The position numbers and the translations under genes are program-made. Under the pieces are notes generated by a model. That model ran no database searches. It saw nothing but the letters and a program-made list of their open reading frames with translations, and had not been told where the DNA came from. Of a DNA stretch of 64,000 nt, positions 28,398 to 38,768 are shown one piece after another. Numbering within the stretch: position 1 is the stretch's first letter; each line of letters starts with the position of its first letter. The stretch is from Gemmatimonadales bacterium (GTDB lineage: Bacteria; Gemmatimonadota; Gemmatimonadetes; Gemmatimonadales; GWC2-71-9), in assembly GCA_039794085.1 (NCBI GenBank), contig JBDIWC010000001.1, positions 32,001-96,000 on the forward strand. Reading direction: 5' to 3'.

Positions 28398-30902
28398 TCA
28401 GCGAAGAGCGCCCACTCCATGCCGCGCAAAGAAGTCCTCGCAGGCGGTTCGAATCGTCGGCCAGGTGCCGGACAACCGGGTGGCCCGGGGAAGGCCGTCG
28501 AGGAGGAGGGGGCCGTAGCGGCGATTGAGAACCCGGGAGTCAAGGAGCAGCACCACGCCGACGTCCCGGGTGCTGCGGATCAGCCGTCCGAATCCCTGCT
28601 TCAGCTTGAGCGCGGCATGCGGCAGCAGGTAGCCGAAGAATCCATCCTCCCCCTGCTCGGCCAGGCGCTCCAGGCGGGCCGCGGTCATCGGCTCGCTCGG
28701 CACCTTGAAGGGAAGTTTGGTGAGCACCAGCCCCCGGAGGGCGCGACCCGGGACGTCGACGCCTTCCCAGAACGAATCGGTGCCCAGGAGCACGGCATGC
28801 CCGCTCTCCCGGAATCGGCGAAGGAGCTGGTCCCGCTGGCCCTCGCCCTGAACCAGGAGGGGCCAGACCATGCCCGTTGCCCCGCGCAAGGCGCGCGCCG
28901 CGCGGCGGAGCGCCGCATGGCTGGTGAAGAGCACAAACAGCCCGCCGTCGCTCGCGGCGGCCAGGTCCCGGACCACCTGAACGATCGCCGCGTCGTGCCC
29001 CGCCTCATCCTCTCGCGGATCGGGGATGTCCGAGGGAATCCCGAACAGGCACTGGTTGGGATAGTCGAAGGGGGAGGGGAGGATCTCCCGGACGGTCACC
29101 GGGCTCGGCGTGGTGTGCAACCCGATCCGCGACTCCAGAAAGGTGAAATCGCCGCCGGCCGCGAGGGTGGCGCTGGTCAGGGTCACGGTCCGCACCCGGT
29201 CGAAGAGGAGCTCGCGCAGGACCGGAGCCAGATCGAGCGGGACCGCATGCAATCCGACCGCCTGCCCCCGGGCGCCGGCCCGTTCGATCCAGCGGACGGT
29301 CGGTTCCTCGTTCGCGGCGGGGCGCAGCGTTTTCGTGATCGCATCGGCGGAGGCCTCCAGGCGCCGGACCACGGCGCGCACCTCGGCCAGGAGGCTGGCG
29401 CGGCGATCGGTCGACTCGGCGTGGGACAGGCGATCGGTGATCACCTCCGCGGCGGCCCGCATCCGGCTGAGTGACCCCGTGAGGGTCTGAATGTCATCCC
29501 CCAGTCCCTCACTCCAGATCGGCTCGCGTTCGAAGTCGGCATCCACCCGGCGGGGGCCCCCGCCACTCTCGAGCAGATCGTGCAGCCGGCGGAAGATCGC
29601 CTCGCCGGTGCTGCGGACGAGTCCCAGGGCCGGCATCATGTCCTCGTGAATGACGTCGAGGCCGCTTCGGCCGGCGGTGTCCTTGCCGAGCATCACCTCC
29701 TGGGCCAGGGCGGGCAGGAGCCCGCGCCCGTTGCGGTCGAACCGGGCCAACAGGCGCTGCAGCCCCGCGCTCGTGACCCGGGCCCCGAGATGGGAGGCCG
29801 CCACGTCCTCGAGATGATGGGCCTCATCGAGAATCAACCGTTGGTAGGGGGGGAGTACCGCGGCCTCCTCCCAGTTGTCCTGGGCGGCGCGCACCGCGAG
29901 ATCCGCCGCGAGCAGGTGGTGGTTCACCACCACCACGTCGGCATCGGCGGCGCGGCGGCGGGCGCGGAACAGGAAACAGCGATCGAAGTGGGTGCAGGTC
30001 ATGCGCGGGCAGAGATCCGACTCCGCGCTCACCTCGTCCCACACCTCGCCCGAGGGGGGGGTGGGCAGATCGCCCAGGGTCCCGTCGTTGCTGCGGGCGG
30101 CCCAGGCGGCCAGGGCCAGCACCTCCTCCACCTTCTCCGGTTCGAGGAGCGAGCGCTGCACCGTCACGGCCTGGTCGAGGCGGGCCAGACAGAGATAGTT
30201 CCTCCACCCCTTGAGCAGCGCGAAGGTCGGGGTGTGATCGGCGTCACCCAGCGCATCCCGGAGGAGCGGCAGGTCCTTCCCCACCAGCTGTTCCTGCAGG
30301 TTGATCGTGTTGGTGCTGACGACGGTGCGCTCCCGGTTGGCCCGGGCCCAGGCGAGGGCCGGCACCAGGTAGGCGAAGGACTTGCCCACCCCCGTGCCCG
30401 CCTCCAGCAGGACGATCCCCCCGTCGTTGTACGCGTCGGTGATGTGGGCGGCCATGTCGCGCTGGCTCTGGCGGTCCTCGTGGAAACCGAGTCTCCGGGC
30501 CACCGGCCCTTCGGCGCCAAGGCGGGCGATGATGTCGAAGGGATCGAGCCGGGTCTCGGGAATCTGGCGCGGCACCTCTACCACGACGTACAGCTGGTCC
30601 ACCGCGTTGTTCACGATGGCGAAGCCCACTCCGCCGTCGTGAAGCCGACTCGCCACGGCCAGGTCCGCGGGAGAGGGATCGAGGCGGCCACCCGGATGAT
30701 TGTGCACCAGGATCTCCCCGCGCCGGGCGATGCCGGGAAGGGCCAGGACCGAGGCGGCCGTCCCCCGGGCCACCACCCGGCCCTCGGTGAGCCGACCGTC
30801 CGGTCCGACCGAGGCCACGAAGCACACCTCCCGACCGCCGGCCCGCGCGATCTCCCCCGCCATGGTCCGGCGCAGATCCGGAGCGATCCTCTCGATCGAC
30901 AC
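28398..30902 (-). CDS. dinG: DinG-family ATP-dependent helicase with N-terminal JAB/MPN domain
   Basis: EAGTGVGKS, KG..NYLC, Fe-S cysteines, DEAH, TSATL, FWEGVDVPG and QGFGRLIRS. N-terminal REV...HNHP....PSPAD. Confidence 0.9.
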   Translation of the reverse strand: MSIERIAPDLRRTMAGEIARAGGREVCFVASVGPDGRLTEGRVVARGTAASVLALPGIARRGEILVHNHPGGRLDPSPADLAVASRLHDGGVGFAIVNNAVDQLYVVVEVPRQIPETRLDPFDIIARLGAEGPVARRLGFHEDRQSQRDMAAHITDAYNDGGIVLLEAGTGVGKSFAYLVPALAWARANRERTVVSTNTINLQEQLVGKDLPLLRDALGDADHTPTFALLKGWRNYLCLARLDQAVTVQRSLLEPEKVEEVLALAAWAARSNDGTLGDLPTPPSGEVWDEVSAESDLCPRMTCTHFDRCFLFRARRRAADADVVVVNHHLLAADLAVRAAQDNWEEAAVLPPYQRLILDEAHHLEDVAASHLGARVTSAGLQRLLARFDRNGRGLLPALAQEVMLGKDTAGRSGLDVIHEDMMPALGLVRSTGEAIFRRLHDLLESGGGPRRVDADFEREPIWSEGLGDDIQTLTGSLSRMRAAAEVITDRLSHAESTDRRASLLAEVRAVVRRLEASADAITKTLRPAANEEPTVRWIERAGARGQAVGLHAVPLDLAPVLRELLFDRVRTVTLTSATLAAGGDFTFLESRIGLHTTPSPVTVREILPSPFDYPNQCLFGIPSDIPDPREDEAGHDAAIVQVVRDLAAASDGGLFVLFTSHAALRRAARALRGATGMVWPLLVQGEGQRDQLLRRFRESGHAVLLGTDSFWEGVDVPGRALRGLVLTKLPFKVPSEPMTAARLERLAEQGEDGFFGYLLPHAALKLKQGFGRLIRSTRDVGVVLLLDSRVLNRRYGPLLLDGLPRATRLSGTWPTIRTACEDFFARHGVGALR

Positions 30903-30905
30903 GGG

Positions 30906-32198
30906 TCAGGTCTTCAATTCCCGCTTCTTGGCGGCCGGGAAGAGGACGTTGTTGAGGATCAGGCGGTATCCGGGCGAGTGGGGGTGCATGCTCAGGTCCG
31001 TCGGGGCGTCGCCGATCTGATGCTGGGGGTCTTCGGGATCGTGCCCGCCGAGGAAGGTCCAGGTGCCCTCCCCTCGGGTGCCGTGGATGTACTTGGCCCA
31101 GTCGGTACCCGGCTCCTCGCCCAGCACGATGACACCGGGTTTCAGCGTGCGCCGGGTGAAAGAGGTGGTCAGGCCGTAAAAATCGGGGATAACGTCCCGA
31201 TGATTCTGCACCAGCATGGCCGCCACGGGATCGATCTTGGCCGAGAAATCGAAGAGGCGGAAGCTGCCGAGGGGCTGCCGGCCGGAGGCGGCATTGACCT
31301 GATGGCCGTCGATGTCCGAAAAAACCGCCGTGGAGGGACTCAGCTCGAGCCGGGCCCCCTGGAACGCCAGGCCACGATCCCACCGCATCCGGGCGGATGC
31401 GGCCGGATCCATCGGCGTGTTGTCGGCGAAGCTGGCGGCGATGTCGGTGTTCTCGCTCGCCAGCGCCAGATCGAGAGTCTCGGTGGCGGTGCACATGGCG
31501 AAGAGAAATCCGCCGCGTTCCACATGGGATCGAATCCCCTGGGCCACGGCCCGCTTCGCCGCCGGCACATGAGGAAAGCCGAGTTCGGCGGCGGTCCGCC
31601 GGTTCCGGTCCACCATCTCCACCAGCCAGGGAGCCCCCGCGTAGTTGATGAAGAATTTCGAGTACTGCCCGGTGAAGTCCTCATGGTGGAGGTGAAGCCA
31701 GTCGAAGTCGCTCAACCCTCCGCGGACGACCTCGGGATCCCACACCTTGGCGAACTCGATCCCGGCGTATTGCAGGGCCATGGTGACGGCATCGTCCCAG
31801 GGGGCCGCATTGGGCGGGGCATAGACCGCCACGCGTGGAGGCTGCTCGAGAGGAATCGCGTCCATGTTGGATTGCTGGATCTCGGCCCGGATCTGGAGGA
31901 GCCGTCCCTCGTCCACCGGCTCGGACGACACCCCGGACAGCACGGCATCCCGTCCGGTCAGGGTGTCGGCGGGCAGAAGGAAGGAGCCGCCTCGATAATT
32001 CAGGAACCACTCCGCCTTGCCTCCCCGCTGCAGCACGCGAAAAGTGACACCATACGCCTTCAGGTGGTCGCTCTGAGTATCGTCCATGGGGACGAGCAGC
32101 CAGGGCGAGGCGGATGCGCGCCAGAACTCCCCGCGCAGGTCCCCGAGTCCCACCATGCCCGTGGCCAGGCCGGCGGCCAGAAATGTCCGTCGCTTCAT
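30906..32198 (-). CDS. Conserved exported protein (family commonly labelled asparagine synthetase B-like; function unknown)
   Basis: Tat-like MKRRTFL, QSDHLKAYG, PWDDAV, DWLHLHHEDFTGQYSKF, GGHDPED and PGYRLILNNVLFPAA. Confidence 0.75.
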   Translation of the reverse strand: MKRRTFLAAGLATGMVGLGDLRGEFWRASASPWLLVPMDDTQSDHLKAYGVTFRVLQRGGKAEWFLNYRGGSFLLPADTLTGRDAVLSGVSSEPVDEGRLLQIRAEIQQSNMDAIPLEQPPRVAVYAPPNAAPWDDAVTMALQYAGIEFAKVWDPEVVRGGLSDFDWLHLHHEDFTGQYSKFFINYAGAPWLVEMVDRNRRTAAELGFPHVPAAKRAVAQGIRSHVERGGFLFAMCTATETLDLALASENTDIAASFADNTPMDPAASARMRWDRGLAFQGARLELSPSTAVFSDIDGHQVNAASGRQPLGSFRLFDFSAKIDPVAAMLVQNHRDVIPDFYGLTTSFTRRTLKPGVIVLGEEPGTDWAKYIHGTRGEGTWTFLGGHDPEDPQHQIGDAPTDLSMHPHSPGYRLILNNVLFPAAKKRELKT

Positions 32199-33940
32199 CG
32201 GCCGGGAATGCCTCCCTTCCAGCGGTCCAGGAGTCGGCGAGCCTCGGGAGCAATGGCACTCCCCGGCCAGGTGAGAATAAGGTGTTCCAGGGTCTGCAGG
32301 GCATCGGCCTCGCGGCCGCTCCGCCGGAATCGGGTTGCGAGATCGAGCGCGGCCTGCGCGGCGGCCCCGGGCGCGGCCCCGGCCATCACGGCCTGGAGCA
32401 GGTCCTCGGGGGAGGCCATGGGGTCGGTGATACCCGTGCTCGGTGCCACCCGGGCCGCGAGGAGGAGCACCTCCCCTCCTCCCTCCCCCAGGGGGAGCCG
32501 GCTCCCCACGGCGGCGAGTGCCGGGGCCGCGGCGGCACTGTCGCCCCGGTCGAGCTGGTACAGTGCCGTGCCGAGCGCGGGAAGGGAGTCGTTGTCGATG
32601 GTCTGCAACAGGGCCAGGAGGGCGCTCCGGTCCGTGGCCCCTTCCCGCGTTCCCGCAAACGGTCCCGCGGCCGCAAGATCCTCCCGGGCGCCGGAGAGAT
32701 CTCCCCGATAGAGACGAATGCGTCCCCGCAACGCGAGGGCTTCCACCGTTGAATCGGCCCCGAGTGCTCCCTCCGCCCGTGCCAGGCTTCCGGCGCGCAC
32801 CCACCCCTCGGCGAGGCGGAGCCGCAGGCGGTCTCTCTCCTCCGGACTCACGCTTCCCTGCACCTCGGCGAGCCGCTGGGCCGCCTCCTCCATCCGTCCC
32901 TCCCCGATCAGCACGCCCACCAAGGTGGAGGCCGCACTCGCGGCCATCGAGGGGGACGCTCCGGCCGTCGTGGCGAGGCGGGCGAGCATCCGCCGGGCCG
33001 CGGGCTGATCCCCCCCGTCGGCATAGGACTGCGCCGCCTCCAGGTAGAGGCGGGACGCTTCCGCCCCGCCAGCCCGGGATGCCAGCGACTCCAGCAGGAT
33101 ACCCCGGGCCGTGCGGGCCCCGCTCCCGGCCTGCCCGCGCAAGTCGTCCAGCAACTCCTGCAGCAGGGCCACGCCCCCCGGGCCCTCGGGCACCCCCGCC
33201 AGCAGATGACGCACTCCCTCCACCGGGGTGCCCCACCGGACCATCAACGACGCGACGATGCGACGTGCCACGACGCCGTCGTGACCGGCGAATTCGCGAA
33301 GGACCTCCGAACGGCGAGCCTCGGGGACCTGCCCCAGCACCGCCACGGCGGAGGTCCGATACCCGGGGACCGACGAAACCGCCAACACCCACTCGGCCAC
33401 CGCCCGCTTGTAATCGCCCTCCAGAGTGGCCAGTTGCGCCAGTTCCCCGGCCAGCGCCGTCGAATCCCCCAGCGCCACCCGGCCAGCCCGGTAGGCGGTG
33501 CGCGCCTGATCCCGGTCCCTCGCCTGCAGAGCCGTCATCCCCCACTCCTGCCAGGGGGCCTCACTGTTCGGTTCGCGCGCGGCCCAGAGTTCCACGTAAC
33601 GGCGGACCGAGTCGGCGTCCCCCCGGGCCCCCCAGAGCCGAACGGCGATCCCATACACCGGGATCGCGGCGGGATCGGCGGTGAGCGCGGCCGCCACCGG
33701 CGCGGCGAGTTCGGCCAGGCGATTCAGGGGCTGGAGGGACCGCTCGAGCCCGAGAAGGGCGGCCACATCGGTCGGACGCGCGGACAGCAGTTCCTGGTAG
33801 AGCGCCGCCGCGCTGGCGAACTCACCCTTGCGCTCGAAGTCGAAGGCCCGGTTCATGGCAGCCTGTTGCGCGGTGATCGGACCCGGCAGGATCAGGGCCA
33901 CGATCGCCAACCACCCCCGAAGTTCGCGTCCCCGACTCAC
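32195..33940 (-). CDS. Exported tetratricopeptide-repeat-like protein
   Basis: Signal peptide then Ala/Leu-rich helical repeats; GTG start overlaps the upstream stop. Confidence 0.75.
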   Translation of the reverse strand: MSRGRELRGWLAIVALILPGPITAQQAAMNRAFDFERKGEFASAAALYQELLSARPTDVAALLGLERSLQPLNRLAELAAPVAAALTADPAAIPVYGIAVRLWGARGDADSVRRYVELWAAREPNSEAPWQEWGMTALQARDRDQARTAYRAGRVALGDSTALAGELAQLATLEGDYKRAVAEWVLAVSSVPGYRTSAVAVLGQVPEARRSEVLREFAGHDGVVARRIVASLMVRWGTPVEGVRHLLAGVPEGPGGVALLQELLDDLRGQAGSGARTARGILLESLASRAGGAEASRLYLEAAQSYADGGDQPAARRMLARLATTAGASPSMAASAASTLVGVLIGEGRMEEAAQRLAEVQGSVSPEERDRLRLRLAEGWVRAGSLARAEGALGADSTVEALALRGRIRLYRGDLSGAREDLAAAGPFAGTREGATDRSALLALLQTIDNDSLPALGTALYQLDRGDSAAAAPALAAVGSRLPLGEGGGEVLLLAARVAPSTGITDPMASPEDLLQAVMAGAAPGAAAQAALDLATRFRRSGREADALQTLEHLILTWPGSAIAPEARRLLDRWKGGIPGR

Positions 33941-36900
33941 GGAGCGCGCCGTCCACCGGACAGGCGCCGGAAATAGTCCGCGACCAGCTTCCGTTCCTCG
34001 GGACTGTACTTCATCAATTCCTCCCAACTCGGCCACCGCCACCCCAGCTCCCGGACCCGGCGATCGAGATCGGGCGGGAGCCGGGGAGGATCCTCCCCGG
34101 CCGACCGGCTCTCACGCTCTTTTTTCTCATCCTTCTCCTCACCCTGGAGCGTCCGCCCCGCGTCAAGCATCCGCTGGAAGAGCCGTTCCTGCCGAGCCAC
34201 CGTCTCCGCATCCAGGCGCCCCGCCTCCAACCGTCGGGCGAGATCCTCCGCCTCCGCGGCCAACTCCCCCGCTCCGGGAAGCTCCCCCATCGCCCTCACG
34301 CGCTCCAGTTCCTGCGACACGGCCCGCTGCTCCGCGGCCATCTGCCGCAACTGCTGTTCCAGAGCGCCCTGGCCCGCCATGGGCAGCAGCCCGCCGGCCT
34401 GCTGGCTCAGCGCACCCTGCTGTTGTGCCATCTGGGCCATGCGCTCCAGGGCTTCGGCCAACCCCGAGCCGGAGGAGGATCCCGACACGTCGCCCCGGGA
34501 TCGCAACATCTGGTAGGCGGCCGCGTTGAGTGCATCGATCGCGTCGCCAGCCCGGGCTCCGGCCTCCCGCACATTGGGACTGGCCGTGCTGAGGGCCCCC
34601 CGGGCCCGTCCCATCTGCTGGCCGGCCGCGGCCAACGTGGTCCCGATGCGGGGTGAGACCAGAGCGTTCTGCCCTGCCGCCGTTTTCATCTGTTCCACCA
34701 GTTGTCGTACCCCCTCCTCCACGGAGGCCTGGTCGCGGAGGACATTGTCGACGGGGCCCGCGCGCTGGAGGTCGGCGGCGACCTGAAGCTGGCGCTTCGC
34801 CAGTCGACTGGTCTCCGCCAGGGCACGATCGAGCGCCTGGACCACTTCGGCCCGCCACTCCTCCTGCTGGGCCTCGCGCTGCTCTTCAACGGCCTGTTGC
34901 ACCTCCTGCATCGCCCCCGCGGCCTCCTCCCCCGCCTGCCCCGCCTCCGCCTTCTTCCCCTGGCGCGCGGCCTGGGACGCCTGGCGCATCGCCTCGGCCG
35001 CCTCCCGCGTCCGCTCCGCCCCGGCCTGCATCGCCGCGGAGGCGGAGTCCCCCGTCATGGCGTCGGACGCCTTGTCGAGGCCGGTGGCCAGCGAGTCGGT
35101 GCGCTCCGCCAGCTCCTCCTGAGCCCCTGTGGCGGTGGTGTCCCCCGCCGCCAGCCGCGTAGCCAGGGCCTTCTGGGCCTCCGCCACCTCCTTGGCCTCC
35201 TGCTCCAGTCCCCCCAGTTCTCCCTCCAGCGCGGCACGCCGAAAGAGCTCCCGGCTTCGTTCCAAGGCCTCCCGCAGTTCCTTCTGGGCCTCGGCGAGCT
35301 GTTCCACCGCCTGGCGGGTCCGTTCCGCGTCCAGGTTCTCGATCGCCTTCTGCAGGGCCTCCAGCGTCTTCCGCAGCTCGGGATTGAGCGCCCGCCTCAA
35401 TTCCTCCCGCACCTCGGCCAGTCGGCGGGCGAAGGCCGAGTCGGTGGCTCCTCCCTGTTCGGCGGCCTCGGCCAGCTTCTTCAGGCTCTGTTCCAGCTTC
35501 TCGGCCTCCGCAATCAGCTGTTCCTCGCCCTGGGCCACGGCTTCCGCCCGCCGGGCCTCGTCGAAGGAGAGAGGACGGTTCTGGCCGTCGGGTCTCCCGC
35601 CATCGGGGGCCATGCGCGATTGGGACCGGGCGAGGTCCTCGGCCTGGCGTTCCAGGGCGCGGCTCTCGGACACCAGGGAGTCGAGAGTCCGTTGCGCTTC
35701 ACTGGTTTCCTCTCGTTGGGACGCCCTCTCGTCTCGGGCGGTGGGCACGAGCAGGAGATATTCCCGCGACGTCCCCCGTTGCCCCCCCGGTGCGTTGTCG
35801 GTGGCCCAGGCCCGGTAGCGCACCGTGTCCCCCGGTCGGGCATCGAGGTGCTCGAGCACGAGGCGGGCGGGGAGTATCGCCCGATCCGCGCCTCCGGGAG
35901 GGAGGGAGAGGGGGATGCGCAGGAGGGAGTCCGGGCGCCCGGGGCTTCGGCGCGACACCTCGAGTCCGAGGGCCCTCAGCCCGTGATCATCCCGGGCGTC
36001 GACCACCAGGGCCACGGTGGGATCCACCGCCAGGAGCGTGTCCACTCCCGGCGAGGGGATCTCCACGGCCGGGGCGCTGTCGGGAACCATCCGGACCGGA
36101 ATTTCCACTTGGCTGCCGGCCACCTGTTGTCCGTCCACGGTACGCAGCTCGAGCCGGAACACGCCATTCCGCACGGGGTCGACGCGGCCGGAGAACCGGG
36201 GGCCGTCCACGATGAGGTCGACGGGGCCGTCCGGTCCGATCCAGGAGCCGGACTGCAGGGGAGTCGTCGTCTCGCCGGTGGTCCGGAGGGTGGTTCCCGC
36301 CGGCAGGAGCAGGGTGTCCCCCGACACGGGCAGCGGTTCAGAGGGCATTCCGAGATAGGCGGGGTACTCGGCCGTGAGGTCGACCCGGCCCAGGAAGGCG
36401 GGTACCCGCACATGGATGCGCACGGTGTCGGAGGATCGCCCGCCCCCGCTGGCGCGGATCAGAAGATCGGTGTGCAGGGGCCCCACGGGAACGGTCGCCC
36501 GACCCGCGGTGTCGAGCGTCACAAGCCGGGCCGCCCACGCCACGCCTGGCTCCCGGGTCCAGAGCAGCACATCCCGACGTCCCGGGGCGTCCACCGACAC
36601 GGTCACCGTGTCGCCCCGATCCACCTCGGTCCGCTCGGCGGCGAGTCGCACGGGGGCCCGGAGCAAATCGAGAGCCCGCAGGGGGTGCCAAAGGAGCGCC
36701 ACAGCCCCCCGGGCCGGGTTGGCGGAGAGAAGGGTTCCCATCCCTCCGACCAGCACCAGGAGCATGAGCCCGGCCCGGCGTCCCGCGGCTCGGTGGAGCG
36801 CTCCCAGGGCGCCGGGCCCCGCCTCGGTCACGGCACGGGCGTGGGTCTGGTCCGCCGCCACGAGCAGTCCGGGGCTGGTTCCTCTCCCGGGAATGTCGAG

Positions 36901-37206
36901 AAGTGACACCAGGACACCGCGGCGCCAGGGGCCGTTCTGCTCCAACCAGGTGGCCAGGGGCCGGACACGGAGGTCCCGCTCCTGTCTCCAGGCCCGCCAG
37001 AGCCCCCCCCCCACCCCGGCGAGGCCCAGGATCCAGGCCCAGAGAACCCAGGCCGGAGAGACCAGGACGTCCATCCGCACCAACCAGGACAGCCCGCCCG
37101 CCACCAGGGCGGCCCCTCCCACGCCGGCCGCCCCCCAGGCGAGGCGATTCCGCCAGCGCAGGGGATGGGCCACCCGGTCGAGGGCGGCGCCGGTGGCACT
37201 CATCAT
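33937..37206 (-). CDS. DUF4175-like membrane protein with Ig-like region and long coiled coil
   Basis: N-terminal TMs, DARDDHGL, YRAWATDN, Q/E/A-rich coiled coil, RMLDAGR and ...VADYFRRL. Confidence 0.78.
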   Translation of the reverse strand: MMSATGAALDRVAHPLRWRNRLAWGAAGVGGAALVAGGLSWLVRMDVLVSPAWVLWAWILGLAGVGGGLWRAWRQERDLRVRPLATWLEQNGPWRRGVLVSLLDIPGRGTSPGLLVAADQTHARAVTEAGPGALGALHRAAGRRAGLMLLVLVGGMGTLLSANPARGAVALLWHPLRALDLLRAPVRLAAERTEVDRGDTVTVSVDAPGRRDVLLWTREPGVAWAARLVTLDTAGRATVPVGPLHTDLLIRASGGGRSSDTVRIHVRVPAFLGRVDLTAEYPAYLGMPSEPLPVSGDTLLLPAGTTLRTTGETTTPLQSGSWIGPDGPVDLIVDGPRFSGRVDPVRNGVFRLELRTVDGQQVAGSQVEIPVRMVPDSAPAVEIPSPGVDTLLAVDPTVALVVDARDDHGLRALGLEVSRRSPGRPDSLLRIPLSLPPGGADRAILPARLVLEHLDARPGDTVRYRAWATDNAPGGQRGTSREYLLLVPTARDERASQREETSEAQRTLDSLVSESRALERQAEDLARSQSRMAPDGGRPDGQNRPLSFDEARRAEAVAQGEEQLIAEAEKLEQSLKKLAEAAEQGGATDSAFARRLAEVREELRRALNPELRKTLEALQKAIENLDAERTRQAVEQLAEAQKELREALERSRELFRRAALEGELGGLEQEAKEVAEAQKALATRLAAGDTTATGAQEELAERTDSLATGLDKASDAMTGDSASAAMQAGAERTREAAEAMRQASQAARQGKKAEAGQAGEEAAGAMQEVQQAVEEQREAQQEEWRAEVVQALDRALAETSRLAKRQLQVAADLQRAGPVDNVLRDQASVEEGVRQLVEQMKTAAGQNALVSPRIGTTLAAAGQQMGRARGALSTASPNVREAGARAGDAIDALNAAAYQMLRSRGDVSGSSSGSGLAEALERMAQMAQQQGALSQQAGGLLPMAGQGALEQQLRQMAAEQRAVSQELERVRAMGELPGAGELAAEAEDLARRLEAGRLDAETVARQERLFQRMLDAGRTLQGEEKDEKKERESRSAGEDPPRLPPDLDRRVRELGWRWPSWEELMKYSPEERKLVADYFRRLSGGRRAP

Positions 37207-37874
37207 CGGCTGCTCCCGACCGCGTACATCACCAGATTGACTCCCATGCGAAGAGCGGCTTCCCGTGCGGCGGGCGGATCGTCATGGACGTCGGGATCCT
37301 CCCACCCGTCTCCCAGATCCGTTTCGTACGAGTAGAACACGACGAGCCGCTCCCCGAGAAAGATTCCCAGACCCTGCGCGGGTTTCCCGTCGTGTTCGTG
37401 AATCTTCGGAACGCCCTGTGGGAAGTCATACACCACGCGGTAGACCGGGTGGTCGAGGGGAACGTCGACCAGGGGTCTCTCGGGAAAGAGCAGGGCCAGT
37501 TCCCGCCGGATCGATTCGTCCATGCCGTAGTTGTCGTCGACATGGAGGAAGCCCCCTCGCTCGAGCCACCGCCGCAGGGTGTCCCGGTCGCTCGGCGTCC
37601 ACCGGACGTTTCCGTGTCCGGTCATGTACAGATAGGCCACGTCCCAGAGCCCCGCCTCGTGCAGCGTGACCACCTGCTCCCGAGGGGCCACGGGAAGCAG
37701 GGTGCGCGTCGCCACCGCCTGGAGCAGGTTGGGAAGACTGGAGGGATTGGCGTACCAGTCTCCCCCCCCCTCATACTGCAGGCGACCGATCACCGCAGCG
37801 CTCCCCTGGGCCGCGACCGCCGCAGGGGCGGTGCAGAGCAGAAGGCTCACCGTGACGGCACGGGCAGTGGTCAT
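37203..37874 (-). CDS. DUF4159 domain protein
   Basis: LQYEGGGDWYANP, YMTGHG, GGFLHVDDNYG, DLGDGWED and ALRMGVN. Confidence 0.88.
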   Translation of the reverse strand: MTTARAVTVSLLLCTAPAAVAAQGSAAVIGRLQYEGGGDWYANPSSLPNLLQAVATRTLLPVAPREQVVTLHEAGLWDVAYLYMTGHGNVRWTPSDRDTLRRWLERGGFLHVDDNYGMDESIRRELALLFPERPLVDVPLDHPVYRVVYDFPQGVPKIHEHDGKPAQGLGIFLGERLVVFYSYETDLGDGWEDPDVHDDPPAAREAALRMGVNLVMYAVGSSR

Positions 37875-38704
37875 GACAGATCCAGGATCAGACGGTAGAC
37901 CTCATTGCGGGGGACACCGGTTTCCGCCGCCACCCTCCGGGCCACCACACCCGCCGCGTGTCCCTCGGCCATCAGCGCGGAAATCCGTCGACGGACATCC
38001 CCCACGTCGACCTCGTCGGGAACCGGCTCCACCCCCTGAAGCACGACGGTGACTTCCCCCCGGGGAGGCGTCTGCCGATAGTGCCGGGCCAGTTCGGCGA
38101 GGGTGCCTCCGCGGAACTCCTCATGCACCTTGGTCATCTCGCGGCACACCACCGCCTGGCGCTCGGCCGGCCCCAGGGACGCCAGTTCCTCGAGCAGGGT
38201 CACGAGGCGATTCGCCGCCTCGAAGAGAACAGCGGTCCAGGGCTCCGTGGCAAGTCGCTGCAGCATCGCCCGGCGCTCCCCCCCCCGCCGGGGCAGGAAC
38301 CCGGCGAAGAGGAAGCGGTCGGCCGGAAACCCCGCCACTGACAGGGCGGTCGTCACCGCGGACGGTCCCGGAATGGGGACGACCGGCGCTCCCCACTCTC
38401 GCACGCGGTCCACGAGGTTCGCCCCGGGATCGCTCAAGCCGGGAGTGCCGGCGTCGGTGACCAGGGCCACATCCCGGCCGGCGGCCAGGTGGTCCACGAT
38501 CGCCTCGGCTCGCGCCTCTCCCGAGTGGGCGTGGTAACTCACCAACACCGGCCGAGCCCCGAGGGTGGACAGGAGGGGACGGGTGCGGCGCGTGTCCTCG
38601 GCGGCCACCACGGGAACCTGGGTGAGGATGTCCGCCGCACGGCGGGTCAGATCCCCAAGATGGCCCAGCGGAGTGGCAACGACATAGAGGGTACCGGTGG
38701 CCAC
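37871..38704 (-). CDS. rsmI: 16S rRNA (cytidine1402-2'-O)-methyltransferase
   Basis: LYVVATPLG.L.D, AEDTR, DAGTPGLSDPG, PGPSA and REMTKVHEE. Confidence 0.95.
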   Translation of the reverse strand: MATGTLYVVATPLGHLGDLTRRAADILTQVPVVAAEDTRRTRPLLSTLGARPVLVSYHAHSGEARAEAIVDHLAAGRDVALVTDAGTPGLSDPGANLVDRVREWGAPVVPIPGPSAVTTALSVAGFPADRFLFAGFLPRRGGERRAMLQRLATEPWTAVLFEAANRLVTLLEELASLGPAERQAVVCREMTKVHEEFRGGTLAELARHYRQTPPRGEVTVVLQGVEPVPDEVDVGDVRRRISALMAEGHAAGVVARRVAAETGVPRNEVYRLILDLS

Positions 38705-38768
38705 CAGGGAATCTCTCCGGAGGGGAGGGGTCGGGGGAAGCCCACCTGGGCCTCCCCGGACCTGTGGG

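Noticed and set aside
30903..30914. GGGTCAGGTCTT, a partial reverse complement of the CAAGACCTGACCCC repeat
   Set aside because: It is a 12-bp match spanning the last codons and stop of a conserved gene, without the TTTCACAA part. Probably chance.
33937..35750. Low-complexity repetitive DNA in the DUF4175-like gene
   Set aside because: Explained by Ala/Glu/Gln-rich coiled-coil codons; no discrete repeat unit.
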